From NCBI RefSeq assembly GCF_030532265.1, contig NZ_JAUNLM010000002.1, positions 69,558-133,557 on the forward strand: a stretch of DNA of 64,000 bases, read 5' to 3'. This DNA is from Clostridium sp. (GTDB lineage Bacteria; Bacillota; Clostridia; Clostridiales; Clostridiaceae). The notes beneath the pieces were generated by a model, which saw only the letters and a program-made list of their open reading frames with translations, searched no databases and was not told the origin of the DNA. Within the stretch, counting starts at the first letter, position 1. Every line of letters begins with the position of its first letter. This document shows positions 47,895-58,606 of the stretch, piece by piece. A program made the position numbers and the translations under genes.

Positions 47895-49121
47895 CTAAAC
47901 TGAGAATAAAACTCCAGCTATTGTTCCTGTTAAACAAGTTGCAAGAGCTCCTCCTAGTAATGCTTTAAATCCAAGTTTTGCAATTAAACCTTTTCTATCT
48001 GGAGCTAAAGCACCTATACCACCAATTTGGATAGCAACTGAACTTATGTTAGCAAATCCACATAGTGCATAAGTTAATATAAGAACTGTTTTTGGTTGTA
48101 AAGTTCCAGCAGCTACATATTTAGACATTTCTGAGTATGCAACGAATTCGTTAATCATAACTTTTTGACCAAGTAAACTACCAGCAGTTCCTAAATCAAC
48201 AGTAGGTATACCCATTACAAATGTTAATGGTGAGAATATTTTACCTAATATCCATTGGAAGCTAAGTGTTGGGAATCCAAATAGTCCGCCAATTGCAGCT
48301 AATATGTAGTTAAGTAAAGCTATAAGTGCAACGAATGCAAGAAGCATAGCAGCAACGTTAAGGGCAAGACCTAAACCTTCACTAGCTCCATTTGCAGCAG
48401 CTTCAACAACATTTGATGCTGTTTGTTCTACTTTTACATCAGTAGTACCTTTTGTTTTTGGTTCTTCTGTTTCAGGTACAAGAATTTTAGCTAAGATAAG
48501 TCCAGCAGGAGCAGCCATTATACTACCAGCAAGTAAGTCACCTGCATTAATTCCCATTGCCACATATCCAGCCATAACTCCACCTGCAACAGTAGCCATA
48601 CCACCGACCATTATAGCCATAAGCTCTGATTTAGTCATATCTTTTATAAAAGGTTTTACTAAAAGTGGAGCTTCTGTTTGTCCTAAGAATATGTTTCCAA
48701 CAGCACTTAATGTTTCAGCGCCTGATGTTCCAAGTAATTTGCAAAGACCTTTAGCGATAATTTTAACTATGAATTGCATAATTCCTAAGTAATAAAGTAT
48801 TCCCATTAAAGCTGAGAAGAAGATAATTGTTGGAAGAACTTGTAATGCGAAAATCATTCCAAAAGTATCTTGATTCATTAAGTTACCAAATAAGAACTTT
48901 GAACCTTCAAGAGTAAAGTCAAGTAATTTTGTTATTGCTTTACTACAAAAATCGAAGAAAGCTCTACCAGCTGGGATCTTTAATATAATTAGGGCAAATA
49001 CAACTTGAAGTGCTAACCCTATACCAACTAAACGCCAATTGATTTTCTTTCTGTTGTCTGAGAACAGCGTAGCTATTCCTAAAATTACTATGATTCCGAT
49101 TAATCCAATAAATCTACTCAA
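47895..49121 (-). CDS. NupC-family concentrative nucleoside transporter
   Basis: 408-aa polytopic protein with CNT-family blocks (GTSGAETLSAVGNIFLGQTEAPL). TTG start 8 nt after AAGGAG. Confidence 0.85.
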   Translation of the reverse strand: MSRFIGLIGIIVILGIATLFSDNRKKINWRLVGIGLALQVVFALIILKIPAGRAFFDFCSKAITKLLDFTLEGSKFLFGNLMNQDTFGMIFALQVLPTIIFFSALMGILYYLGIMQFIVKIIAKGLCKLLGTSGAETLSAVGNIFLGQTEAPLLVKPFIKDMTKSELMAIMVGGMATVAGGVMAGYVAMGINAGDLLAGSIMAAPAGLILAKILVPETEEPKTKGTTDVKVEQTASNVVEAAANGASEGLGLALNVAAMLLAFVALIALLNYILAAIGGLFGFPTLSFQWILGKIFSPLTFVMGIPTVDLGTAGSLLGQKVMINEFVAYSEMSKYVAAGTLQPKTVLILTYALCGFANISSVAIQIGGIGALAPDRKGLIAKLGFKALLGGALATCLTGTIAGVLFSV

Positions 49122-49172
49122 TGTTCTTTCTCCTTTGTATATAATTTTTACTTATAGACTTAAGACTGTTCT

Positions 49173-49991
49173 TTATAGATTTTTAATTATTTCTTTAGTT
49201 AGAGTTATAAAACTATTTTTAGCTTTATTTGAAGTTTCTATAACTTCTTCATGATTAAGTGGTTGTTTTAGTATTCCAGCAGCCATATTTGTTAAACAAG
49301 ATATGCCCAATACTTTTATTCCGGAATGATTGGCAACAATAACCTCTGGTATCGTTGACATACCTACTGCATCACCACCTAAAATTCTAACCATTCTAAT
49401 TTCAGCTGGAGTTTCGTAAGTTGGCCCGCTAAACATAGTGTAAACGCCTTCTTTTATGTCAATATTTAAATCTTTAGCGATATTTTTTGTAAGATTTATA
49501 AGCTCTGGATTATAAGCTGTTGACATATCAGGAAATCTTGGTCCGAATTCATCTAAATTTTTACCAATTAAAGGATTGCTTCCGGAAAGATTAATGTGAT
49601 CATTAATTATCATTAAATCCCCAGGTTTAAAATTTGTATTTACAGCACCTGCGGCATTGGTAACGATTAACTTGCCTACGCCTAAAAGCTTCATTACTCT
49701 AACAGGAAAAGTTACATCCGTCATTTTATAACCTTCATAATAATGAAATCTTCCTTGCATAGCAATTACAATTTTTCCTTCTAATTTTCCTATAACTAGA
49801 CGACCTTTATGACCTTCTACAGTAGATACAGGGAAATTAGGTAATGTTTCATATGGATAAAATTCAGGTTCTTCAATTAAGTCAGCTAAAGATCCCAAAC
49901 CTGATCCTAGAATAAGACCAATTTCAGGTTTATATTTACTTTTAGAAAGTATATATTCTGAAGTAGTCTTTAAAGTGTTTGATAAATCCAT
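49173..49991 (-). CDS. punA: Purine nucleoside phosphorylase (trimeric PunA type)
   Basis: 272 aa. GSGLG, EGHKGRLV..GR.H.YEG and GMSTIPEV motifs. Forms an operon with the nucleoside transporter (51-nt gap). Confidence 0.85.
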   Translation of the reverse strand: MDLSNTLKTTSEYILSKSKYKPEIGLILGSGLGSLADLIEEPEFYPYETLPNFPVSTVEGHKGRLVIGKLEGKIVIAMQGRFHYYEGYKMTDVTFPVRVMKLLGVGKLIVTNAAGAVNTNFKPGDLMIINDHINLSGSNPLIGKNLDEFGPRFPDMSTAYNPELINLTKNIAKDLNIDIKEGVYTMFSGPTYETPAEIRMVRILGGDAVGMSTIPEVIVANHSGIKVLGISCLTNMAAGILKQPLNHEEVIETSNKAKNSFITLTKEIIKNL

Positions 49992-50182
49992 TTAATCACC
50001 TCTACTAGTTGTATTATTGTAAAATTTAAAAAGAGCATAGAAACAAGTCTACCATATAGATTATAGAATAAAATTAATTAAATTAAAATATAAAAAGCAA
50101 AAAATTTAATAAAAGAAAAAATAAAATTTTTGGCAAATCACCAAAAGTATACTTGAATAAATATAATAGTATATACTAATTT

Positions 50183-50737
50183 GTGGTGGTGAAGATTATA
50201 AGTACTATATTAATAAATTTAGTAATCATTTTCACGATAACCTTAAAAATAATTATTGCACCACATTTATTTAAAGTGGAAAAGAGTGATGTTATAGTTA
50301 TTTTAGGTTGTAATTTAAATAGTATTTTTATGAATCAAAGGTTAAAAAAATCTATTGAATTATACAATGAAGGAATCGCAAAATATTTTATTGTTACAGG
50401 AAAAGGAAAAGGAGATATAAGTGAAGCTTTAGGAATGAAAAATTTTTTGGTTAATTTAGGTATTGATGATAATAATATATTTATAGAGGAAAAGGCAAAA
50501 AACACATATCAAAATTTAAAATTTTCTAAGAATATAATGAATAATAAAGGGTTTAAAAAAGCTGTAATTGTTTCGGATTATTATCATATTGCTAGAATAA
50601 AGATGATAGCTAAAAGAATTAAGTTAGATTGTTCATTTGCAACATGGCCTGTTAAAAAGTTCAATAAATATGAAGTTAAGGCGATTTTAAGGGAAGTAAT
50701 AGCTTATATAAAAGATTTTATTATTGTATATGAATAA
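50183..50737 (+). CDS. DUF218/YdcF-family protein
   Basis: VIVILGC..., IVTGKGKG and IVSDYYHIAR pattern. N-terminal TM helix. GTG start uncertain (no clear RBS). Confidence 0.65.
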   Translation: MVVKIISTILINLVIIFTITLKIIIAPHLFKVEKSDVIVILGCNLNSIFMNQRLKKSIELYNEGIAKYFIVTGKGKGDISEALGMKNFLVNLGIDDNNIFIEEKAKNTYQNLKFSKNIMNNKGFKKAVIVSDYYHIARIKMIAKRIKLDCSFATWPVKKFNKYEVKAILREVIAYIKDFIIVYE

Positions 50738-50766
50738 AAAGGTGGTATAACCACCTTTTTAAAAAA
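50736..50766. terminator. Bidirectional intrinsic terminator
   Basis: AAAAAGGTGGT/ACCACCTTTTT hairpin followed by an A-run. Confidence 0.8.
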
Positions 50767-50767
50767 T

Positions 50768-52147
50768 TTATTTATTATTCAAAAATTTTTCTCCAACTAT
50801 AACAACATCACCAGCACCTACTGTTAAAAGCATATCTCCAGGATTTATATTATTTTTTACATATTCAACAGCTTCATCATGAGAGTGTACATTAGTACAT
50901 TTAACACCTGTTTTTCTTATTGCATCACCTAATTCGTCAGATGAAACAAGACCAGTATCTTTTTCTCTAGCAGCATATATATCCATTAATACTAATTCAT
51001 CAGCATCATTAAATGCTGTAGTAAATTCATCAAATAATGTTTTTGTTCTAGTATAAGTATGTGGTTGGAATACACATATTGTTTTATTGTGAGGAATTTT
51101 TTTAGCAGTACTTAAAGTTGCTTTTATCTCAACTGGATGATGAGCATAATCATCTATAACTGTAACTCCATTTAATTCCCCTTTGTATTCAAATCTTTTA
51201 TGAGCACCCTTGCACTCTTTTAATCCATCTATTATATCATCATAAGGTAGATTAAAAATAAGTCCTACACATGCACTTGATAATGCATTTAAGATGTTGT
51301 GTTTACCTGGCATATTTAATTGTAAATCAAATAAATCTTCTCCATCTTTACAAACAGTGAAAGATGCACAACCTCTATTATCATATTTTATATTTGTTGC
51401 AGTTACATTAGTATCCTTAAATCCATAGCTTATAGTATTGCAATTAGCTTCTTTTAAAATTTTAGCAACATTAGGGTCTTCACCATAACCTATTAAGTAA
51501 CCATCTGTAGGAATTAATGTTGAGAATTTTTTAAATGTTTCAGTTATATGATTTAAATCTCTATAATAATCTAAATGATCAGCATCTATATTTAATATTA
51601 TTCCTATGTATGGGAAGAATTTTAAAAATGATTCTTTATATTCACATGCTTCTGTAACAAAATATTCACTACTTCCTATTCTGTAATTACCGCCTATTAC
51701 ATCAAGTTCACCACCTACAAGTATAGTTGGATCTAAATTTGCTTTAAGAGTTATATTTGTAATCATAGAAGTACATGTAGTTTTACCGTGTGTACCTGCG
51801 ACTGCAACATTATATTTATGACCTTTCATTATAAGACCTAAAAATTCTGCTCTATCCATAAGGTGTATATTATCTTCTTTGGCTTTAATTATTTCAGGAT
51901 TATCTTGTGGAATTGCAGCCGTATAAACAACTAAGTCAACATCTTTTATATTATCCTTTTTATGTCCTATATAAATTTCAGCACCTTTTTCTTTTAAGCT
52001 ATTAGTTATTTCTGATTCTTTAGAATCGGAACCTGAAACTTTAAATCCATTATTTAAAAGTACAGCAGCAAGACCGCTCATACTTATACCGCCAATTCCT
52101 ATAAAGTGAACCTTTTTATTGGTATCTTTTAAAAAATCAAATGACAT
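50768..52147 (-). CDS. murC: UDP-N-acetylmuramate--L-alanine ligase
   Basis: [25 protein letters not shown] and DDYAHHP motifs. Confidence 0.95.
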   Translation of the reverse strand: MSFDFLKDTNKKVHFIGIGGISMSGLAAVLLNNGFKVSGSDSKESEITNSLKEKGAEIYIGHKKDNIKDVDLVVYTAAIPQDNPEIIKAKEDNIHLMDRAEFLGLIMKGHKYNVAVAGTHGKTTCTSMITNITLKANLDPTILVGGELDVIGGNYRIGSSEYFVTEACEYKESFLKFFPYIGIILNIDADHLDYYRDLNHITETFKKFSTLIPTDGYLIGYGEDPNVAKILKEANCNTISYGFKDTNVTATNIKYDNRGCASFTVCKDGEDLFDLQLNMPGKHNILNALSSACVGLIFNLPYDDIIDGLKECKGAHKRFEYKGELNGVTVIDDYAHHPVEIKATLSTAKKIPHNKTICVFQPHTYTRTKTLFDEFTTAFNDADELVLMDIYAAREKDTGLVSSDELGDAIRKTGVKCTNVHSHDEAVEYVKNNINPGDMLLTVGAGDVVIVGEKFLNNK

Positions 52148-52436
52148 GAAATCAACCCCTTTTTTATTTATTTTATGATTATATAAGTTTAATGTTTTAA
52201 AAATTAATTTTTTATTTTATAACCATTTATAATTATATACATTTTTAATTAAATGAACACAAAAATTAACTAAAAATTATATCAATTTAAAAAAGAATTT
52301 TCAATTTATTTTACATTAAGTGATTAAAATGTATTGCACTAGGAAAAAATATAGAATAAAATATGAATATTGAGAGTGAAAAATTATGATATAATTCGTA
52401 TAAATTCGAATAATTATTAAGATGCAGGTGGTTTTC

Positions 52437-53255
52437 ATGGAAAAGTTAAGTAGAAATAGTAGAGTTGTTGTAATTACAAAGATACTAATAGAAAATCCGA
52501 ATAAAATTATCGGATTAAATAAATTTTCAGAGTTATTAAATGCAGCAAAATCAACTATAAGTGAAGATATAGTTATAGTTAGAGAAATATTAGCAAAGTT
52601 TGAAATGGGAAGAGTTGAAACCATAGCTGGTGCTGCAGGAGGTATAAGATATATACCTGAAACAAGTGTATCAAAAGGAAAGGAATTTGCTTTAAGCCTT
52701 TGCGATTTATTAAAAGATGATGGAAGAGTGGTTCCGGGAAATATAATATATATGACAGATTTAATGTATAATCCTGAAATAATAAGTAAAGCTGGAACAA
52801 TACTTTCTTCTTGGTTTGAAAATATGGATATTGATTATGTAATTACAGTAGAGACAAAGGGAATTCCATTAGCATATGAAGTTGCTAGAAATTTAGGAGT
52901 TCAACTTGTTATTGCAAGAAGGGACAACCAATTTACAGAAGGAACAACTATGACAATTAATTATGTGTCAGGTACTAGTGGGAAGCTCCAACAAATGTCA
53001 TTATCTAAAAAATCAATGAAAAGTAATTCAAAATGTGTATTCATTGATGATTTTATGAAAGGTGGGGGAACTGCACTTGGAATAAAGGATCTTTTAAAAG
53101 AATTTGATAGTGAATTAGTTGGAATAGGAGTTTTAGTTGATAATAAAGAAGCTAAAAAGAAACTTATTGATGAATATATATCAATAGTTGAATTACATTC
53201 AGTAAATGAATCATCAATAGTTGATATACGTCCTTCTAAGATATTTGAAAAATAG
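52437..53255 (+). CDS. purR: Purine operon repressor (PRT-fold)
   Basis: MEKLSRNSRVVVITKILIENPNKII N-terminal wHTH plus the PRPP-motif region VFIDDFMKGGGT. ATG 52437 after AGGTGG. Confidence 0.9.
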   Translation: MEKLSRNSRVVVITKILIENPNKIIGLNKFSELLNAAKSTISEDIVIVREILAKFEMGRVETIAGAAGGIRYIPETSVSKGKEFALSLCDLLKDDGRVVPGNIIYMTDLMYNPEIISKAGTILSSWFENMDIDYVITVETKGIPLAYEVARNLGVQLVIARRDNQFTEGTTMTINYVSGTSGKLQQMSLSKKSMKSNSKCVFIDDFMKGGGTALGIKDLLKEFDSELVGIGVLVDNKEAKKKLIDEYISIVELHSVNESSIVDIRPSKIFEK

Positions 53256-53304
53256 ATAAATAATTTACCACACCAATAATAAATTTAAAAATTTACCAAA
53301 TAAA

Positions 53305-53338
53305 AGAGGATATTGCCAATGTATGGAGAATTTATAAT
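53305..53338 (+). promoter_or_regulatory. SigH-type promoter upstream of spoVG (with adjacent TATAAT)
   Basis: AGAGGATA (53305-53312), 12 nt, GGAGAAT (53325-53331) fits RnAGGwWW-N11-12-RnnGAAT. B. subtilis spoVG is a classic SigH target. Confidence 0.45.
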
Positions 53339-53366
53339 ATCATAAAGGCAACTGGAGGTGTGGTCA

Positions 53367-53639
53367 ATGCAAATTACAGACGTTAGAATCAGAAAGATAG
53401 CTACAGATGGGAAGATGAAAGCAATAGTATCAGTTACTTTTGATGATCAATTTGTAGTTCATGACATTAAGGTTATTGAAGGGCAAAATGGGTTATTTAT
53501 TGCTATGCCAAGCAGAAAAACACCAGATGGTGAGTTTAAGGATATAGCACATCCTATAAACAGCGAGGCAAGGGACGTAATACAAAGAGCTATTCTTGAA
53601 GCGTATGATAAAGCTTTATCAGAAGAAATAGCGGAATAA
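53367..53639 (+). CDS. spoVG: Septation/regulatory protein SpoVG
   Basis: [47 protein letters not shown] is unmistakable. ATG 53367 after GGAGG. Confidence 0.95.
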   Translation: MQITDVRIRKIATDGKMKAIVSVTFDDQFVVHDIKVIEGQNGLFIAMPSRKTPDGEFKDIAHPINSEARDVIQRAILEAYDKALSEEIAE

Positions 53640-53651
53640 TTTATTAAAAAT

Positions 53652-53678
53652 AAAAGGGATTTTCCCTTTTATTTTTTT
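53652..53678 (+). terminator. Intrinsic terminator after spoVG
   Basis: AAAAGGGA/TCCCTTTT stem followed by a T-run. Confidence 0.75.
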
Positions 53679-53760
53679 GTAACTTACTGAAATAAGAATA
53701 TTATAAAGGATAATAAAACAATATACATATATTATAAGTTTTATTGTATTGTTATCTAAG

Positions 53761-53789
53761 TTGAAATAGTTAGTTTGTTGAAATATAAT
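53761..53789 (+). promoter_or_regulatory. Sigma-A-type promoter of glmU-prs
   Basis: TTGAAA, 17 nt, TATAAT. Confidence 0.5.
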
Positions 53790-53867
53790 AAAATAGAATT
53801 AAAATGTACTAAAATATAATACTATAAAAAATCGGGTTAAATATAAGTAATTAATAGAGGTGGTAAA

Positions 53868-55238
53868 ATGTATAAATGTGCATTAATACTTGCAGCTGGT
53901 CAAGGTACTAGAATAAAGTCAGATTTACCTAAGGTTTTACATAAGGTTTGTGGCAAAGAAATGGTAAATCACGTTATAGATAATATGAGAAAAGCAAATA
54001 TCAATGATGTAAATGTAATTATAGGAAAAGGAGCAGAGTTAGTTAAAGAACAAACTAATGATAGAAAAGTTTCTTATTCATTACAAGAAGAACAATTAGG
54101 AACAGGACATGCAGTTAAATGCGCAGCTGAATTCTTAAAAGGAAAAAAAGGAATTGTAGTAGTATTTGCTGGTGATGCACCGCTAACAAAAGAATCAACA
54201 ATAGAAGAATTAATAAAAACACATGAATCAAATGGAAATTCAGCAACTTTATTAAGTGCTATAGTTGAAGACCCAACAGGCTATGGAAGAATAATAAGAG
54301 ATGATGAAGGATATGTTTTAAAAATTGTTGAACATAAAGACTGCAATGAAGATGAATTATTAGTAAATGAAATGAATGCAGCAATGTATTGTTTTGACAT
54401 AGAAGATTTAGTTAATTCATTAGATAAGCTTTCAAATAATAATACACAAGGTGAATATTATCTTACAGATGTAATAGGAATTCTTAAAGAAGAAGGAAAA
54501 AAGGTTGGGGCGCTAGTTACTGATTATGAGGATACTATAGGAGTTAATTCAAGAGTTCAACTTGCAGAAGCAGAAGAAATATTAAGAAATAGAATTAATT
54601 TAAAACATCTTAATAATGGTGTAACGTTAATAGATCCAAAATCAACATATATAGGAATAGATGTTGAAATAGAAAAAGATACAATTATATATCCAGGAAC
54701 TATATTAGAGGGAAATACTAAAATAGGTTCAAACTGTATGATAATGCAAAATTGTAGAATTAAAGATAGTATAATAAACGAAGGTGTTACTGTAGAATCT
54801 TCAGTAATATTAGATAGTGAAGTAGGAGAAAATACTACTGTTGGACCATTTGCATATATAAGACCAGAAAGTAAGATTGGTTCAAAAGCTAGAATAGGGG
54901 ATTTTGTAGAAATTAAAAAATCTACAATTGGTGATGGAACTAAAGTATCACATTTAACTTATATTGGAGATGCTGAAGTTGGTTCAGGATGTAACTTTGG
55001 ATGTGGTACTGTTGTAGTAAACTATGATGGAAAAGTTAAGAATAAAACAGTAATTGGAAATAATAGTTTTATTGGATGTAACACAAATTTAGTTTCACCA
55101 GTAACTGTTAAAGATAATACTTATATTGCAGCAGGTTCAACAATAACTAATGATGTTAATGAAGGTGAACTTGCAATAGCTAGAGCTAAGCAAAGAAATA
55201 TATCAGGATGGGTAGAGAAAAAGGGATTAAAGAAGTAA
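53868..55238 (+). CDS. glmU: Bifunctional GlcNAc-1-P uridyltransferase / GlcN-1-P acetyltransferase
   Basis: [19 protein letters not shown]-terminus and C-terminal left-handed beta-helix hexapeptide repeats. Confidence 0.95.
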   Translation: MYKCALILAAGQGTRIKSDLPKVLHKVCGKEMVNHVIDNMRKANINDVNVIIGKGAELVKEQTNDRKVSYSLQEEQLGTGHAVKCAAEFLKGKKGIVVVFAGDAPLTKESTIEELIKTHESNGNSATLLSAIVEDPTGYGRIIRDDEGYVLKIVEHKDCNEDELLVNEMNAAMYCFDIEDLVNSLDKLSNNNTQGEYYLTDVIGILKEEGKKVGALVTDYEDTIGVNSRVQLAEAEEILRNRINLKHLNNGVTLIDPKSTYIGIDVEIEKDTIIYPGTILEGNTKIGSNCMIMQNCRIKDSIINEGVTVESSVILDSEVGENTTVGPFAYIRPESKIGSKARIGDFVEIKKSTIGDGTKVSHLTYIGDAEVGSGCNFGCGTVVVNYDGKVKNKTVIGNNSFIGCNTNLVSPVTVKDNTYIAAGSTITNDVNEGELAIARAKQRNISGWVEKKGLKK

Positions 55239-55295
55239 TCAATAAAAATTTATTTATATATAAAAGAGCTAAATTTGAGGAGGTCTTCATTAATT

Positions 55296-56255
55296 ATGTT
55301 AAGTCATGGAAAGAATATTAAAATATTCACAGGAAACTCACACCCAGAATTAGCGCAAGAAATTGCAAAAATATTAGGGCTAGAAGTAGGTGCGGGCGAT
55401 GTAGGTACTTTTAGTGATGGAGAGATATCAGTAAATATAGGTGAGACAGTAAGAGGTGCTGACGTATTTATAGTTCAATCAACTTGTTCACCTGTAAATA
55501 ATAACTTAATGGAATTACTTATAATGATTGATGCATTTAAAAGAGCATCAGCAGGAAGAATAACAGCTGTTATTCCATACTATGGATATGCAAGACAAGA
55601 TAGAAAAGCAAAATCAAGAGATCCAATAACTGCAAAATTGGTAGCGGATTTACTTACAACAGCAGGAGCTCATAGAGTTTTAACTATGGATTTACATGCT
55701 GCTCAAATTCAAGGGTACTTTAATATACCTGTTGATCATTTAGTAGGTTCACCAATACTTTCAAAGTATTTTGTAGATAAAGGATTAATAGATCAAGATG
55801 ATGTTGTTGTTGTGTCTCCTGATCTTGGAAGTGTAACTAGAGCCAGAAAATTTGCAGATAGATTACATGCACCAATAGCAATAATAGATAAAAGAAGACC
55901 TAAGGCAAACGTATCCGAGATAATGAATATTATTGGAGATGTTGAAGGAAAAAGATGTATATTAATAGATGATATGATAGATACAGCAGGAACTATAACA
56001 AATGCAGCAAATGCTCTAAAAGATTTAGGCGCAAAAAATGTATATGCATGTTGTACTCATGGGGTTTTATCAGGACCGGCATTTGAAAGAATAAATAATT
56101 CAGCAATTGAAGAATTAGTAATGTTAAATACAATAAAACTTCCAGAGAATATTGATAAGAAAAAATTTAAATCAATATCAGTTGCTCCTATATTTGCAGA
56201 AGCTATAAAGAGAATATATAATAATGAACCAATAAGCAAATTATTTGAAGCATAA
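55296..56255 (+). CDS. prs: Ribose-phosphate pyrophosphokinase
   Basis: [23 protein letters not shown] and DDMIDTAGT motifs. ATG 55296 (the ORF-track TTG at 55275 overlaps the RBS). Confidence 0.95.
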   Translation: MLSHGKNIKIFTGNSHPELAQEIAKILGLEVGAGDVGTFSDGEISVNIGETVRGADVFIVQSTCSPVNNNLMELLIMIDAFKRASAGRITAVIPYYGYARQDRKAKSRDPITAKLVADLLTTAGAHRVLTMDLHAAQIQGYFNIPVDHLVGSPILSKYFVDKGLIDQDDVVVVSPDLGSVTRARKFADRLHAPIAIIDKRRPKANVSEIMNIIGDVEGKRCILIDDMIDTAGTITNAANALKDLGAKNVYACCTHGVLSGPAFERINNSAIEELVMLNTIKLPENIDKKKFKSISVAPIFAEAIKRIYNNEPISKLFEA

Positions 56256-56288
56256 TAGTTAATGTATTAATACATAATATACATAAAG

Positions 56289-56321
56289 AAAACCTCTAGA
56301 TAAATCTGGAGGTTTTGTTTT
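56289..56321 (+). terminator. Intrinsic terminator after prs
   Basis: AAAACCTCTAGA/TCTGGAGGTTTT hairpin followed by a T-run. Confidence 0.75.
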
Positions 56322-56486
56322 ATAACTATTTATATAATAATGAAATATTACAGTTAACAAATTGTAACTTTTATATGAAACTATATTAAAAACTGTGAAA
56401 AAATGATAAATTTATAATTGTTAGTTAATTTTTAAATTAATTAAGCAATAAATATTTAATAAGTTAAAATGTGGAGGTATTAAGAC

Positions 56487-57173
56487 ATGGAAGGTGTTTT
56501 AGGTAAAGTATTAATAGTTGATGATGATGAAAATATTTGTGAAGTAATAAATATGTATGTAAAAAGTGCTGGATACGATACAAGAGTTGCACATAATGGT
56601 AAAGAAGCAGAAGAAATATTTTTAGACTATAAACCGGATATAGTTCTTTTAGACGTTATGATACCAAACATAGACGGAATAGATGTTTTAAAATGGATAA
56701 GAAAAGAAGGTACAACTCCAGTAATCATGCTTACAGCAAAAGGAGATACATTTGATAAGGTTTTAGCTTTAGAACTTGGTGCTGACGATTACATAGTTAA
56801 ACCATTTGAACCAAAAGAATTACTTGCAAGAGTAAAAGCTGTAATGAGAAGATATACAGCAGATAATACAAATAAAGAAGTAATTCAATATAATGATTTA
56901 ACAATAGATGCAAATTCATATAGAGTAATTTATAAGAATAATGAAATTAAAATGCCACCTAAAGAATTTGAACTATTATATTATTTAGCATGTAATAAAA
57001 ATAGAGTTTTCACAAGAGAACAATTATTATGTGAAGTTTGGGGATATGATTATCCAGGAGACTCAAGAACTGTTGATGTTCACGTTAAGAGATTAAGAGA
57101 AAAGTTACATTCAGGAGATACTTGGCAAATTGAAACAGTTTGGGGGGTTGGCTATAAATTTGAGGTGAAATAG
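56487..57173 (+). CDS. OmpR/PhoB-family response regulator (WalR/VicR-like)
   Basis: Receiver domain (VDDDE..LLDVMIP..LTAKG) plus a winged-helix output domain (RTVDVHVKRLREKL..VWGVGYKF). Confidence 0.9.
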   Translation: MEGVLGKVLIVDDDENICEVINMYVKSAGYDTRVAHNGKEAEEIFLDYKPDIVLLDVMIPNIDGIDVLKWIRKEGTTPVIMLTAKGDTFDKVLALELGADDYIVKPFEPKELLARVKAVMRRYTADNTNKEVIQYNDLTIDANSYRVIYKNNEIKMPPKEFELLYYLACNKNRVFTREQLLCEVWGYDYPGDSRTVDVHVKRLREKLHSGDTWQIETVWGVGYKFEVK

Positions 57174-58592
57174 ATGAAAAAGCACAGCTTAGCATATAGG
57201 CTTATAATAACATTCACATTAATAGTAGTAATCGCGCTTGTAATAGTAGCAGGAGTTTTATCTTTATGGATTAGACAAACTTATTTTGATCAAAAGAAAG
57301 AGCAATTAAATAGAGAAAGTAACATAATAGAAAGTGCAGCCATAGCTTATTTATCTTTGGATAAAAGTTCAAACTTAACAACGTTAAATAATGTAATGAA
57401 CTTTGTAAGCAAAACTATAGATGCAGAAATATTAGTTACAGATAATCTAGGATATACATATGCTGTTTCTAATAGTGGATATGAAAATTATAAGTTTTCT
57501 AATGCAGGAATTCCTAAAGAAGATATGGATGTGTTGAAGCAAGGGAAGTCTATAGAATATGGAAATGTAAAAAGTGCATCTCAAAATAATTATGTATATT
57601 TAAAGCCTATTTTTAATAAAGATTATTTTAGCGGAGTAATAATAATGGTTATTCCGACTGATAGTATGTTATCTCCTATAATTAAAATAAATAAAATTAT
57701 ATGGATAACTGCTTTAATTGTAATAATTATTGGTGGTATATTTGTGTATTTTTACAGTAAAAAATCTTTAATAAAGCCTATAGATGAAATAACTGCAGCA
57801 GCAAGAAGAATATCTAAAGGTGGAGTTAATGAAAGACTTAATATTAATCAAAATAATGAAATAGGAGAACTTGCAGAATCATTTAATATAATGGCACAAT
57901 CTCTTCAAACAGTTGATGATAATAGGAGAGCTTTTATATCAAATGTATCACATGAATTAAGATCACCTATAACCTCAATAAAAGGATTTATATCAGGAAT
58001 ATTAGATGGTGTAATTCCGAGAGATAAAGAAGGATATTATTTAAAAATTGTATATGAAGAAACTGATAGGTTATCAAGATTAATAAATGATTTGTTAGAT
58101 ATATCAGCTTTAGAATCAGGAAAAATAAAGCTTAATAAACAAGAAATTGATATAAGTAATATGTTAAGGTACACAATTACTAAATTTGAAAGTGCTATAA
58201 ATAAAAAAGGATTAAATGTTGATGTTGTTTTAGAGCAGGAACATCAATATGTAATTGGAGATAATGATAAAATAACACAAGTAGTAACAAACTTAATAGA
58301 TAATGCAATAAAATATTCTTATGAAAATGGTAATATAAGAATAAACACGAAATCCAAAGGTGATAGAGTGCTTGTGAGCATTTATAATGATGGTGAGTTA
58401 TTAACTAAGGAGCAATTAATAAAGATTTGGGATAGATTCTATAAAGCAGATGTATCAAGAACTAACAAAGTAAGTACAGGGCTTGGATTATCTATAGTAA
58501 GGTTAATTCTTACAGAACATGGTGAAGATATTTGGGTCGAAAACTATAAAGATACTGGTGTTATGTTTACATTTACTTTAATCAAGAAATAA
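57174..58592 (+). CDS. Sensor histidine kinase (2 TM, extracytoplasmic domain, HAMP, HisKA, HATPase_c)
   Basis: H-box FISNVSHELRSPITSI, N-box DNAIKYS, G-boxes. The start codon directly abuts the regulator stop. Confidence 0.9.
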   Translation: MKKHSLAYRLIITFTLIVVIALVIVAGVLSLWIRQTYFDQKKEQLNRESNIIESAAIAYLSLDKSSNLTTLNNVMNFVSKTIDAEILVTDNLGYTYAVSNSGYENYKFSNAGIPKEDMDVLKQGKSIEYGNVKSASQNNYVYLKPIFNKDYFSGVIIMVIPTDSMLSPIIKINKIIWITALIVIIIGGIFVYFYSKKSLIKPIDEITAAARRISKGGVNERLNINQNNEIGELAESFNIMAQSLQTVDDNRRAFISNVSHELRSPITSIKGFISGILDGVIPRDKEGYYLKIVYEETDRLSRLINDLLDISALESGKIKLNKQEIDISNMLRYTITKFESAINKKGLNVDVVLEQEHQYVIGDNDKITQVVTNLIDNAIKYSYENGNIRINTKSKGDRVLVSIYNDGELLTKEQLIKIWDRFYKADVSRTNKVSTGLGLSIVRLILTEHGEDIWVENYKDTGVMFTFTLIKK

Positions 58593-58606
58593 TTTTGGTG
58601 ATATTT

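Noticed and set aside
49039-49254. A 71-aa plus-strand ORF spans the punA-nupC junction.
   Set aside because: It is antisense to the 5' end of nupC and the 3' end of punA, has no RBS, and gives a low-complexity product.
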